A program made the position numbers and the translations under genes. Positions 1 through 14,084 of a stretch of DNA of 64,000 bases are shown here, piece after piece (position 1 is the stretch's first letter; the number at the start of each line of letters is the position of its first letter). The stretch is from Octopus sinensis. Taxonomy: Eukaryota. The notes under the pieces were generated by a model. That model saw only the letters and a list, made by a program, of their open reading frames with translations. It did no database searches and had not been told where the DNA came from. The stretch is from the NCBI RefSeq assembly GCF_006345805.1, contig NC_042998.1, forward strand, positions 142,290,001-142,354,000, given 5' to 3'.

Positions 1-1860
1 AGTCCTTCAGGTTGGTGGCTGTCTATGCTTCTTGTGGAGCTGAGCAGTCTCACTATTTAAAAAGCCTACAGAATTTTCTAGGAACGTCGCATGCTTTAGT
101 GTTGTTAGGTAACTTTAACACAATCTGCGATGTACGCGTAGATTGTGTTAGTTCGAACCTAAATAGGAGGGGAAACTTTTGCCTCAGCGGTCTGCTAAGT
201 CGTTTTCAGCTGGCAGACCGATTCAGACTGGATCACCCAGATGTTCCATTGTGGACATGGACAAATAACGATGGGTCGTCTAGATCTCATCTAGACAGGA
301 TTATTGTTAGAACTAAAGATGAGAACATAGTTAGTTCTCCACATCATATTGTCAACTACAGTAATCACAAATTTGTGACCTGTAGGCTTGACGTAGATAG
401 TATGTGTAGACAGGGATCTGGTTACTGGAAGCTAAACAAGTCACTCTTGGCTTGTGAAGCCTACTGGACCTGGATTAGGCAGTTAGTGATGAGGGCATTA
501 GCCAGTACAATTATTAGAAACAAACAGTGGTATGCCCTCAAAAGAGCCATTAAATTTGAATCTATCAGATTTAGGTAAACATAGCCGGATGGTAGAGAGT
601 CAAAACAGCAATAATGCAACAATAAGGTCTATGACGGACCGACATGAGCGTTCAGTAAACGCGAGATGTGCAAGGTGTTTCACGAGCATTTCGCCCAGCT
701 TTTCGAGAGGGACAGTGGACCGGAGCGTAGGGAGGACCTCGTAGACTACCTCGCCGGTTCGCCGCGTCTCTCGGAGCGGGAAGCGGAATGCTGTGAAGGA
801 TCGATAACAGCTGCGGAAGTGGAGGAGGCATTATCGGACTGCGGTAGGGACAAGTCGCCGGGACTAGATAGTATTCTACGAACTGTATTATAGTATGCTA
901 GACTTGTTTGGGCACCTACTTGCGAGGCCATAAGAGATTACGAAGCAGTGGTAGGAGCAAAAATTAACCAGGGTAAATCGATCGGCTTGCAACTAGGCAC
1001 CTGGAGAGGCAAGTCAATGCTGCCCAATTGCGGCGTGGGACGTTGGACAGACGGACCGGTAAAACTGCTAGGGGTCTAGTTTGATCCAGACCTCCAGATA
1101 GACAACTGGGGTGACTGGAGTGAGATGGCGAGCAGGGTTGCTCTCCTAACTCTGACCTGGTCTGAGCGGAAGCTATCCCTTGAAAGGAGAGCAGAAATTG
1201 CAGGTGTGTTTATCACATCTTTAATTACCTACCGCCTGGACGTCGTGCCTTGCCCAGATTCGTGGCTGAACAAGTTGGAACGCATGCTCTTCCGCTTTTT
1301 ATGGAGGAGCAGGGGACCTTTTGTAAGGAGCTGTATTTGCTGCCAACAACCGCTGATGGGTGGACTGGTGATGCCGTGGCCAAAAATGCGCAGGCATGCA
1401 CTGAGGGTTGAGGCATCTGTGACACTATCTGGACGGTGAGTAGGTGTGGTCTCCATTCGTCAGACTGTTGTTTCTGTGGTTCATCTCTTTTAGTGAACCC
1501 ATGGATTAAGCGTAGACCGAGGTTGGGAGCTTGGCAAGCAGAGTGACGTCAGATACTCGTGCTTCTTTCCCAGGCAGGCAACGCCGGCGGCGGGGGTTCT
1601 ACCTCGTCCTTTTATTAAGGGTTAGTAGATTTCAAGTGTGACGACGCCCTAGGAGAAACCATGGGCTTCGATGACGGTCAACTCGCCGACCTGTACCGAA
1701 GAAAATTCGGATCAGGGCCTATGGACAATTTCCAGAAGTCCCTGGCATGGAAATATTACCGAGGAGCCTTACCTGTTCAGAACAAACTCTTCAGGCATGG
1801 TTCTTCATCCACGCCAACTTGTCCAAGATGCGGGCAGGACAGTGAAACTGTTCTGCGTGC
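1..1860 (+). mobile_element. Tx1/L1-type LINE ORF2 remnant (APE endonuclease, partial RT, C-terminal Cys-rich region), frameshifted and 3'-truncated
   Basis: ORF 12-578 has APE motifs (LLGNFN, SHLDRI, SNHK, GYWKLN); 666-893 has RT-proximal KSPGLD; 1661-1860 has SLAWKYYRGALPV...CPRCGQDSETVL. Ends abruptly at (ATGT)n. Confidence 0.85.
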
Positions 1861-1861
1861 A

Positions 1862-1925
1862 ATGTATGTATGTATGTATGTATGTATGTATGTATGTATG
1901 TATGTATGTATGTGTATATGTATGC
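1862..1925. repeat. (ATGT)n microsatellite
   Basis: Direct reading. Confidence 0.95.
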
Positions 1926-2257
1926 ATGATGGCCGTCCACTCGTGACCAAGGAAGTCCATTGCTGACCTTCAGAAACACTGTGCGCTCTAGGACTGACTT
2001 GTATTTTGCATTTGCGGCTCCGTAGGTGTCTAATTAACCCTGCTCTTGACAAGCATACACGACTGCAAACATTGCAGACCAAGCTTTCCCCTTTCACTAC
2101 ACTACCAGTGGACTTTCGAGCAGCACGCTTAAATTTTTCATGCAGAATAGTGCACTCTGAAAAGTGTCGACCACCCACCTTAACCTGCTTCCTCCATCTG
2201 TAGCGATGACAGGCATTGCTCTCCCAGTCGGTCTCCTGTATATCACAGGCCTTTAAT
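1926..2257 (-). mobile_element. RTE-clade LINE C-terminal fragment
   Basis: Minus ORF reads LKACDIQETDWESNACHRYRWRKQV...CNVCSRVCLSRAGLIRHLR, resembling the RTE ORF end with a C2H2-like finger. Confidence 0.7.
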
Positions 2258-2336
2258 GTATACATACATACACACATACATACATACATACATACATACA
2301 TACATACATACATACATACATACATACATACATACA
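2258..2336. repeat. (ACAT)n microsatellite
   Basis: Direct reading. Confidence 0.95.
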
Positions 2337-4440
2337 TTAAACCAATATTATCACAGCAGAACAAGCAGCTGGGAAGAATGGAGTCTGGTGATGCGCCGAG
2401 CAATTGTTAATCAACAAAACTGTGACGTCAGAGGTTCGAGAGAACAGGAGGAACCTAGTTTCAGTATGGCTAGACTACAAGAAAATTTGACTCTGTTTCC
2501 CACTCATGGGTGCTAGAAGCCCTTCAACTTGCTAAAGTTCCAGTGAGGATAGTCAAAGCCATACCTGACCTGACTTCATCGTGGGCCACCATCTTGAAAT
2601 TAAACACAAAGCGTGACTGTATTATCGCAAAGGCATATTCCAAGGAGACAGCCTTTCTGGGAAGTTGTTTATACTTTCTGTAAACTCCTTGTCATTCAGG
2701 TTAAGGAAGTCTGAAGGATATCTCACTGGTTCACAAGGTTGCAGAAATACCAAAATTACACGCCGTTTCTTTGTGGATGGCTTAAAATTTTATGCAAAGA
2801 ATATGCATTAGATAAAAAAAAGAGCCTTGATCTGGTCACAACATTCTCAAAGGATGTAGGGTTGGGTTTGTGTCAGGATAACTAGTAACATCTCAATCAA
2901 TGATTTAAGAGGAATGTTACAGGTATATAGAAGTGGATGAAAACATATCTTACAATGGCACCTGTAACAAAACACGTGACACAAATTACAGCCGAATAAA
3001 GAAAATTTGGACCTTAGAACACTCTGCATTCAGTAAAAACAGTGGCCCACAATGCGTTTGCAGTGCCAACACTCATACCCACATTTGGACTGCTTCATTG
3101 GTTGCTTGATGAGATCTAAGCTATTGATGTGAAAACCCGATAAAAATACTAACCAGCACACATAATTTCCACATAAACTGTAACATTGACAGGCTCTACC
3201 TAAAACGAAAACAAGGCGGCAGAGGCTTAACATCGATCCAAAATGCATTTGAATGTCGCATCATATCCCTTCGGCAACATCTTTTAACCACCAAGTGTTG
3301 AAGTGAATCCTTTGACCAAGTTTGCATACATAAGGCTGATAACATCATAAGACTTGGAAGGCAACCCCTTGAGCAACACTTTTGTCTGATAACCTAGAAT
3401 ACATGCCAAAAGAATTCGCATCATCAGATAAAAAGATGAGCCTATATGAGCTCATATAATATCATCAACGTATCATCAGATAAAAAGACGAGCCTTTATG
3501 AGTAGAAGACTATGCATGGATATGTTAGTAGAAATTTCCGTGATGATAGTAACATCGATCATCAAAGTAGTCTATTATGGACTAATAGCCGGATTAATAC
3601 CTCCCACTTCGAAGGGCATGTGTTTGCAATCCAGGAACAGGAAATATCAACCAAGTATCTGATGCACAGAAGAGATAGAGATGCAGGAAAAGCCGTAAAA
3701 TGTGACAACCTATGCAGACTTTGTGGAGTTCACACTGAAGATATCACCCACATCATAAACAGCTGTCTGAAAATGTCATAACGGTATTATCTACCGATGA
3801 GATATGACGTTGTACCTAGGACACTATAATGAAATCACTCGGAAGAAGAATCCCGAAGACAAAGAAATAAGAACCCATAATATGGTAGAAGCCATTGCCA
3901 CTCATAATAAAAAGAATACTGGTGGAATGTACCAGTGAAGACCTCAATAAAATGTAAGCACAACAGACCTGATATAATGATTTGGGATAGAGAAGTGAAA
4001 CTCTGCCCAGTTGTGGGAATTAGCTGCCAGCTAACATAAAGATGAAGATCAATGAAAAAGAGAACACCTATGCTGAACTATTGAAAAATCTGCAGTTACA
4101 CTATCCAGATTACAAGTTCAGGTTTATACTTGTAACTATTGGGGCCCTGGGATATGTAACACACTGCCTAAATACCAACCTTGAGAAATTAGGCTTCTCA
4201 AAACCAGAAAGGAGAAAGCTAATTCGAAGACTACAGATCCAATCCATCATTGGAACTGTAAAAATCTGTAAAACTTTCCAGATGTTTATCATTTAAATAT
4301 ATATGAGCATGTCTAGATATGCAACTATATGCATGAGAATACATACATAAAACATACAAATCTTCACATACATACATGCGTACATACGTACATGCATACA
4401 TAAACATGCAAATCTGCACATACATACATGCATACATAAA
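2337..4440 (+). mobile_element. R4/Dong-like RLE non-LTR retrotransposon, 5'-truncated and degenerate
   Basis: RT motifs QGDSLSG (~2641) and FFVDGLKFY (~2767); CCHC finger CRLCG...EDITHIINSC (3512-3781); RPDI endonuclease motif (~3964); C-terminus IVTIGALG...GTVKICKTF (4042-4296); degenerate ACAT-rich tail. Confidence 0.8.
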
Positions 4441-4869
4441 TGAACTCTAGATTTGACTGATAATGGGAAAATTATGTCTGTAAATCCTGAAAGTCGGTTA
4501 CATCGAAGATAATCTAGTTGAAATATTTTATTGTTTTAATGCAAAATAAAAGCATTCATACGACATAGACTACTGCACAATGTAAAATTATTAAATTAAC
4601 ATAAAGAACTTGCAATTTTTTACTCCAAAGTATTGTTGCTGAATATCTCTCGTTGGGAGATTTAAAAATAGTAATTTTCTAATTTATAGATCAGTGACTA
4701 GTTGTCAATTTAAAAACTATATATTTCGAACGGGAATTTGGCAGCTGAACAATGGCGACGAGCGACCTGGAATCCTGAGTTGAGTGAAGTTTGTGTTTGA
4801 CTATACGTGTAAATCGCTTTGTTGATGCTTGTTGATGCTTGTGTTTGAGTATACGTGTAACTTGCCTTG

Positions 4870-5523
4870 TTGATGCTGGTGGCAGCCATCCTCTTCAATA
4901 CGAAAGAAGAAACAAGAATTCTCAAGGTTACAAGAACAACAGAGGTAAACTGTTGGGGATACGGCCTCGAGGTGACAGTCCAAATCAGTTTACCGGACTA
5001 TAATAAACTATAATAAACTATAAAAAAAGTGTGGAAATCGAGAAGAGAATTACAAAGATGAAACGTAATTAGAGTTAAGTTATCGGAGAGTGAGTATAGC
5101 GAGGGCTACAGGACAGTTTTGCTTCAGAGAGAGGAGAGAGGTTGAAGGAGCTATTTGGAGAGAAAATCGAAATATCGCCGATACAGTATCGGTACGATGA
5201 GTTGCCACCAGTGGCGGCATTTAAGGACTTAATAGAACACATAATGTAAATGAAACTAAGTAAAATGTTTAAAATTTTAAATAATGACTTTTGAAAAATG
5301 ATGCAAAAAGTGAACAATGAACTGTATGTTAAATGTTATAAGTGAACAGTTAAATGACACTTCCTGCGAGTGGGAAGCAGGTAAAACATTGCATTTTTCA
5401 TTTTATCCTTTTGTCATTGTAATTCATTATTTCATTCGTTATATATTTTATGCACTGTGTTGTGTTGTCTATCCATGTATCGTCCTCTCTTTGTAAGTGC
5501 CTGTGTTCTCAAATAAAGAAACT
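4870..5523 (+). mobile_element. ORF1-only (HAL1-like) retroelement, internally deleted copy
   Basis: Frameshifted peptides LVAAILFNTKEETRILKVTRTTEVNCWGYGLEVTVQ, EIEKRITKMK/VIRVKLSESEY and RLKELFGEKIEISPIQYRYDELPP align with the ORF at 51889-53175. 3' UTR ends CCTGTGTTCTCAAATAAAGAAA; no ORF2. Confidence 0.65.
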
Positions 5524-5529
5524 ACCTCT

Positions 5530-7221
<1,692 letters not shown>

Positions 7222-7560
7222 ACTACAATTCTGGTTTATTTTGGGGTTTCGTTTCGTTCTGTTTCTTTGTGTGTTTTTGATTTTTGGTGGGTGGAGCGAG
7301 GCCTGCTGGAAGTTTCTCTTGATATTGTAAAAGGATTCTTTCCAATTGCGAATTTATTTCCATGCAAATTCATTTTTTGATTGGTTAATTCTATAAATCG
7401 AAAAGAGATTATCATCGCATTTTTGGGGTTATCTTTTTTTTTTTCATGTTTAATGAATTAAAAAGATTTATTGAAAAAACATTTCACCGAATATATGAAA
7501 AATGTCATTCTCAGAAAATTATCTCACGTAATAGAAAGACATTTCCACTCTCATTTTTTT

Positions 7561-7844
7561 CTTTTATTCTTTTACTTGTTTCTATCATTTGACTGCGGCC
7601 ATGCTGGAACACCGCCATTTAGTCGAAGAAATCGCACCCAAGACTTATTCTTTGTATACCCGGTACATATTCTTTTGCCGAACCGCTAAGTTACGGGTAC
7701 GTAAACACACCAACATCGGTTGCCAAGCGATGGTGGGTGGGACAAACACAGACACACACACACACACATAGATACACACACGCACGCACACACACAAACA
7801 TATAAATACACACACGCACGCACACACACTCACACACACACACA

Positions 7845-7880
<36 letters not shown>

Positions 7881-8031
7881 GTATAGTTTCCATCTACCAA
7901 ATCCACTCACAAAGCTTTGATCGGCCCGAGGCTATAGTAGAAGATACTTGCCCAAGGTGCCACGCCGTGGGACTGAACCCTGAACCATGTGCTTTGGAAG
8001 CAAGCTTCTTACTACACAACCACACCGCGCC
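7561..8031 (-). mobile_element. tRNA-derived SINE family A, near full length, internal (CA)n
   Basis: Reverse complement matches the 27591-28008 copy: head GGGTTCAGTCCCAC, central CAAAGCTTTGTGAGTGGATTTGGTAGATGGAAAC, tail GGCGGTGTTCCAGCATGGCCGCAGTC. Confidence 0.8.
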
Positions 8032-8089
8032 CAGAATATTTTGAATATTTATTGAAACACGCATTCAGTATCTTGCAAAAAGATTTCGA

Positions 8090-8285
8090 AGTATGGATCG
8101 ATCTGATATACCTCATGAACCCACATCACAGCCAGAAATGCAAAGAAGGGAAGCTATGTCCAACTCACTACTTCGTCAAGACCAATTCCAGAGAAATGAC
8201 ATGGAAATTAATCTAAGATAAACAAGCATTAGCGGAAACGATGGTGCTCCACCATGGCCACAACCTTTGGCTAAAACCGATAATA
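8090..8285 (+). mobile_element. CR1-type LINE 3' end, diverged subfamily
   Basis: SDIPHEPTSQPEMQRREAMSNSLLRQ resembles GIPDEPTSRQEVQMRAAASNSLMHQ at ~50940; tail GGTGCTCCACCATGGCCACAACC...GGCTAAAAC. Confidence 0.55.
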
Positions 8286-8756
8286 AAGCAGCAGAATAAC
8301 AGAATTTTAAAAGTCCTAAAATCTATCAAGGATTACACCAAACTGATGGTATCAGAGAATGGTCTCTCCCAGGATTGTTTAAATTCCTCAGTCACTGGTT
8401 TTATAAGACCCGGTCAAATATTCACCGTGCTTTCATATAGACACTTTAATAGCGGTAAGCCTCCGACTGAGCACACAAAGCACACAAATATACAAGGAAA
8501 ATTTGTACAAATATAATAACATATGTCTGTGTGACATATATCTTTTTATTCAAAGTTAACAACAGTAAAAAAAATTCATCCTGTTACGGTATCGTTAACA
8601 ACATATTGCATAGGAAACCAAAATCAATAATCGATGTATATTGATGGTTATTTACTAAAAAAACTAAGAGCTGGTCTTTTGGTGATATGATATTGAAAAT
8701 ATTAATATGTTTCCATAACGTTATTCTCTAATGTAATCCCTAGATGTAAGGTAACG

Positions 8757-8935
8757 AGAGGGCGGAATCGGTAGCACGTCGAACAACATGCTTAGTTGCA
8801 TTTATTCTGGCTCTTTATTTTCTGAGTTCAAATCCCACTGATGTTGACTTTGCATTTCTAGTGAAGTACTGAGGTCAATGCAATCGACTTGCCCCTTCAA
8901 AAATGCTGGCCTTGAAATCTAAATTGGACAGGCGT
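8757..8935 (+). mobile_element. SINE family B (tRNA head plus CORE-like domain), degenerate
   Basis: CTGAGTTCAAATCC B-box followed by GTTGACTTTGC; similar to 26373 and 36570 copies. Confidence 0.6.
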
Positions 8936-8963
8936 CCCCTCCCCCACATATATATATAGATAG

Positions 8964-8999
<36 letters not shown>

Positions 9000-9197
9000 G
9001 CCAGTCGCCATGATAGATCGGTAGCCACTACACACATTTTATTCTTTCCTTGTTTCTCTCTGTGTTCCTTTCTATGGAAGAGCGTAGGCTCGAAACTAAA
9101 AGACTTTTTCAATTCCCGAGCGTTATACTAATACATCTGTTTGTTTTCTACACTACCTGTCTTCGTCTTTTGTCTTTTTCGTGAATTCTCCCTATAT

Positions 9198-9239
<42 letters not shown>

Positions 9240-9242
<3 letters not shown>

Positions 9243-9397
9243 GACGGCCTGCTCAGTTTCTGTCTACCAAATTCACTTACAAGGTATTGATCGGATCAGA
9301 CCTGTAGTTAAACGCACTTTACCCCAGGTGCTACGCAGTGAGACTGAACCCGAAAACACATGGTTGTCATGCGAGTTTCTTAATCACACAGCCATAC
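9240..9397 (-). mobile_element. SINE family A, head and central domain only
   Basis: TTTCTGTCTACCAAATTCACTTACAAGG and GACTGAACCCG match family A. Confidence 0.65.
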
Positions 9398-9623
9398 CTG
9401 AGGGTAGTTTTGTGTCTATCTAGACTGTTAAAGATAGCTGTAAGGCAATATTTCCTTTAGCCTACTTCAGACTTAGTTGCTCAGAGACATTATACAACAT
9501 CTTCCATCTCACATTGTAGATGAAGTTGCATTAAAAATTCATTTTCCGTGGGGAATTTCAAATTGAGAAAGTTCTAATCAGTTACACAGTAATCGCAATA
9601 CCTGAGAGATTCAGTTGTGTTTA

Positions 9624-10490
9624 CGAGATGGTATCAAAAAGTTCCTGGACTATTATGTTTGATAAAAAATAATTCATCTACCTAAGTTTCAACATCATCT
9701 CTTCCGAAATAGTCACCTTGCACAGCAATACACCGGTCCCAGCGTTCCTGCCACTTTTGGAATCCGACCTGAAAGTCGTTTTCCTTAAGCGAATCGAAGC
9801 TCTTCTGCAATTTGCTCTTGATCTCAACAACGGTGTTAAAAATGCGACCTTTGAGCTGCATTTTCAACTTGGAAAAGAGATGGAAGTCTGCAGGTGGTAA
9901 ATCTGGCATATATGGCGGGTGCGGAACCGATACCGCGTTCTTTTTGGCGAGAAACTCACGAATGAAGAGGGCTCGATGACAGGGTGCATTGTCGTTGTGA
10001 ATAATCTAATTCCTAATAATAGAACTCTCGATTGATTGTCTGGCACTTGGGGATGAATTCTCAGTGCACAATAGCACATTTCCGGGGGTGACGCTTGTGA
10101 CAAGTCTTCCAGATCGCTCGCCGTCTCCAAAAGACGTTCTCCTGCTTTTGAAGCGCCCGTGCCACCCGAAACATTGCGTACAACTCATTGTCTCGTCGCT
10201 GTAAGCTTGTTGAAGGATGCTCACTTTCTCTGTTGCAGACTTTCCAAGTTTAACACAAAATTTCACGCTGGCTCTTTGTTCCAACTTCCTGTTTTTGACA
10301 AAATCGCAGACTACAGCATACACGTGATCTCAAAAACACATTTTTTACAACTTGCGAAGTAAACACAACAATGTCACTTGGCACACTGACTTATGTTCGC
10401 TGCTAGTTCTCACTGCGCACGCAACAGTGTGCTGTCATCCGTTGGCGCCGCGCTACAGAAGTAGTCTGGGAACTTTTTTATACCTCCTCG
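9624..10490 (-). mobile_element. Mariner element with both TIRs and TA TSD; internally deleted transposase
   Basis: TIRs CGAGATGGTATCAAAAAGTTCCTGGACTA and TAGTCTGGGAACTTTTTTATACCTCCTCG flanked by TA. N-terminus EQRASVKFCVKLGKSATE...DGERSGR; C-terminus PDLPPADFHLFSKLK...KWQERWDRCIAVQGDYF. At 867 bp it lacks most of the catalytic core. Confidence 0.9.
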
Positions 10491-11689
10491 TATTTGTGGT
10501 CTTTTTTCTTACCACATTAATTGAGAGACTTCTTTAACTCCTTGTCTGTCCTGTATATCAAATATGATACACAGAACATATTGCTTTGATGTTCATACAA
10601 CAGACGCGATACACATTCCTAATTTTTTTTAACCAGTACAGTAACTTGTGACTTAAGAAAGAAAGCTTTCTATTACTCAGAACGTATGAAACAAGGGCTG
10701 ACAAAAAGTCTGAAAACAAACTTATGAAAATGTTTTAGACGGGCAAATGGTTAACGATAAAACACAGAGCTGGGTTGGGGGCTGGAACAAGATTCAAACT
10801 GCTGACATGTCAACTAGTAGGGCAGAGATCTTGATCTACAGCGAGCTGTTACACATAAGTTTTCTTTCTTTCATTTTTAGGTCATAGAACATGTGTCATT
10901 TCTGTGTTCAATTTCAGGTTTTCGTGCAACAGGTGTGGGAATAGCATAAATTATTATAAATTATGATAATTTGTAAAAACCTGGTCAGATATACACCCAA
11001 ATACAAAATTTCAAAGTTCTCAAATGCATCACGTAGCTGATGAAACTGCCTATTAGCCTATAGTACAACAGCGATATATTAATGTAATATTGACTTTTCC
11101 TTCAGTAGTCTATGCTAATTACTTCTGTGGTGGCGCTGTTTTCTACGTTTCTGGGACAAAATACAGCGGTGCATATGATTGATTTAAACATTGAGTTGAT
11201 GAAAACTTATTGCCTCTACCTTTTTGCTTTTTACTCGTCTATCATTGGATTTCAGTTATGCTGGAGCACCGCCTTCAAAATATAGCGTTCCCATGCTGGA
11301 GGTCAAACACGGACTGCCTGAGTGTCGCTAGGACTCCTCACCACGTGTTAATGGACGATATACATCAAATATACGTAGATATGATGTTAACATTTCCTCG
11401 CAAATTTCATGATTTTTGCTATAGTAAAGAGACTAACAAGCTTGCTTGCTATGCTGCGCTGGGGAAACATTTATAGAATTGATTTGCTTGTAGCTGATCT
11501 GAAAGAGACACCCAGAAAATTTGCATTGTATGTGGCTTGTCAAATGTGGTTTTTGGTGCATTAATATTGTGAAATGTTATCTATCAGTAAGTAAATTAAC
11601 ATCCCAGTGCTGAAGCATGTATTATGTAGTTGCTGTATTTTATATATTTGAAACAGTCCAGTGCAAAGAGAAATGTAATTCTTTCTAAT

Positions 11690-11860
11690 ATAGGCACAGG
11701 GCCTGAAATAGTGGGCGAGATGGAAGTCAATTACCAGTACTCAACTTCACTATTTTATCAATCCGGAATGAAAGTAAAGATGACCTGGTGGTATTTGAAC
11801 GCAGAATGTAAAGAGCCGGATGAAATGCCGCTAAGCATTTTTTCCGGCATGCTACTGTAA
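11690..11860 (-). mobile_element. SINE family B
   Basis: Reverse complement has ATGCTTAGCGGCATTTC...TTCTGCGTTCAAAT...TTTCAGGCCCTGTGCCTA. Confidence 0.6.
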
Positions 11861-12387
11861 CCTAGAACAGTCAATGAAAGAAATAATTCATAATATTTGT
11901 TGAATCTGTTGTTGTACAGGAAGGCACAGTAGAAATCTAACGGTCCCTAGATCGAATTAACGCTCTGCACAGAATTGAATGTAATTTTTTATGTATGTTT
12001 ATACATTGCAACTGAGTTGTCTACATATATACCAATCATATACATGTATTTGGTATATCTAGAAATTTATTCAAGAGTCACGGGTCACCAACTAACAGGA
12101 GTACACCAAAACCTAAGTGGGCAAAAACAACAATAATGAGACTTTACACTTTGCATAATGGGATGCTTTTTTACATTTTCATGCAACACCTGTATTAAGT
12201 TTGCAATTAATGAAAGTCATATAGAGAAATGGTGTCACCAGGTCAATGTTTTGATACGGTCCATCAGCCTTAAGTAAAAAAAATATTATCTAATCGTTTA
12301 TTCCCTGTATTATACAGTTTAAATAATTATTTTGGAAGTTTCACAAAACACAGGGCCCGGAAGAAAAGGGTTCAGATTTTTGCGTAC

Positions 12388-12388
<1 letters not shown>

Positions 12389-12442
<54 letters not shown>

Positions 12443-12479
12443 CAGCAGCAACAGCAGCAGCAGCAGTAGCAGCAGCAGC

Positions 12480-12521
<42 letters not shown>

Positions 12522-12525
12522 TGTA

Positions 12526-12592
<67 letters not shown>

Positions 12593-12595
12593 CAA

Positions 12596-12658
<63 letters not shown>
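12389..12658. repeat. Compound (TAG)n/(CAG)n trinucleotide array
   Basis: Alternating TAG and CAG blocks; source of the poly-L ORF 12341-12679. Confidence 0.95.
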
Positions 12659-12660
12659 AG

Positions 12661-12728
12661 ACCCTAACCCTAAAACCATAACCCTAAACCTAAAACCTTA
12701 ATCCTAACCCTAACCCTAAAACCTTATA
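12661..12728. repeat. Degenerate (CCCTAA)n telomere-like tract
   Basis: ACCCTAACCCTAAAACCATAACCCTAAACCTAA...CCTAACCCTAACCCTAA. Confidence 0.8.
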
Positions 12729-13291
12729 ACCAGTACAAACGCACGAACGATGTCATAAATAACAGTGACAAACGAAATCAACACCGCCGGAAGTTCTTGT
12801 TGACAAACAACAGCAGTAATTTTATTCAGCTGAATACACGTCATTGATTGGTTGAAATCACCGAAATAGGAGAACTTTAAGGTGAAATATCTTCGTAAAT
12901 ATAAGTTTTTCTCAAAAATGCTAACGGTAAAACATGTTTTATATGACACATACTACCAGTGTCCGAAGTTTGAAAGTGTTTAGTTACAAAAAATTATCTT
13001 CTAAATCTGTAGGTCAAACAGTAATGATCCCAACCGACCTAATGAAGCATAAAGTAATTGATTGTCTGTTTCTTTGTTACCAAAATGGTGTTTTGATGTA
13101 AGTTTTGTCTTCACTACTTCATAGTCTCGCAAAAGTGAATGGCATAATTTGCAATGTGCTAAGTACTCTGTTATTTTTATGCACTGTAATATACTCTAAT
13201 AAATACACCATCAGGCGGTACACAAATTATTTCATAAACATTTGTTTAGATATAATAGTGATGTTTTTGTTTTTTGTTTTACTGTAAAATT

Positions 13292-13510
13292 TAGGCAACG
13301 AGCTGGCAGAATCACTAGCGCGTGGGAAAAATTCTTGGCAGCATCTCTCACGACTCTTTAGGTCCTGAGTTCAAATTCTACCGATGTCGGCTTTGCCTTA
13401 CATCTTTTCGGGTTCGATAAAATTAAAGTACCAGTTCAGGACTGGGGTCGATATTATCGACTAACTATTTCCCCCTAAATTTGTTGACCTCATGTCAAAA
13501 TTTGAAACGC
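13292..13510 (+). mobile_element. SINE family B (CORE-like)
   Basis: GAGCTGGCAGAATC head, CTGAGTTCAAATT B-box, GTCGGCTTTGCCTTACATCTTTTCGGGTTCGATAAAATTAAAGTACCAG. Confidence 0.75.
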
Positions 13511-13624
13511 TTTTACTAATAACATATTTACTTCACAGTTCAGGCCCTAATGTAAGTGACTGAAACCCGTCCTGCAGTGCTGACTCGCTACCCAACCAGA
13601 TAGAACCTCAGTAATAGAAACGGT

Positions 13625-13976
13625 TACTCTTTTACTCTTTTACTTGTTTCAGTCATGTGACTGTGGCCAAGCTTATTCTATCGGTCGCTTTTGCCGAACC
13701 GCTAAGTTACGGGGACGTAAACACACCAGCATCAGTTGTCAAGCGATGTTGGGGGGAGGGGGGACAAACACAGACACATAAACATACACACACATACACA
13801 TATATATATATATACGACGGGCTTCTTTCAGTTTCCGTCTACCAAATTCACGCACAAGGTTTTGTCGACCCGAGGCTATAGTAGAAGACACTGGCCCAAG
13901 ATGCCACGCAGTGGGACTGAACCCAGAACCATGTGTTTCGTAAGCAAGTTACTTGCCACACAGCCACTACTACGCC
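13625..13976 (-). mobile_element. SINE family A with internal deletion
   Basis: Matches family A head, central domain and (CTTTTA)n tail. Confidence 0.8.
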
Positions 13977-14084
13977 GTACTGATTTTATAAACAAAAGTA
14001 TATTCATGTCCATTAAGCGTATCTTTATGAAAATAGTGTGTTCATTTTTTTTTAAGCTTATTAATTACTTTTTTTTTTTGTTAT

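Noticed and set aside
4452-4505. Hammerhead-like CTGATAA-tGGGA...TCCT-GAAA
   Set aside because: The core G is mutated and neither stem I nor stem III pairs; at most a dead relic.
10860-10950. Strong-looking splice acceptor and possible host exon
   Set aside because: No recognisable coding frame or partner exons; such motifs are common in AT-rich DNA.
12661-12728. True telomere or chromosome end
   Set aside because: Short, degenerate and internal.
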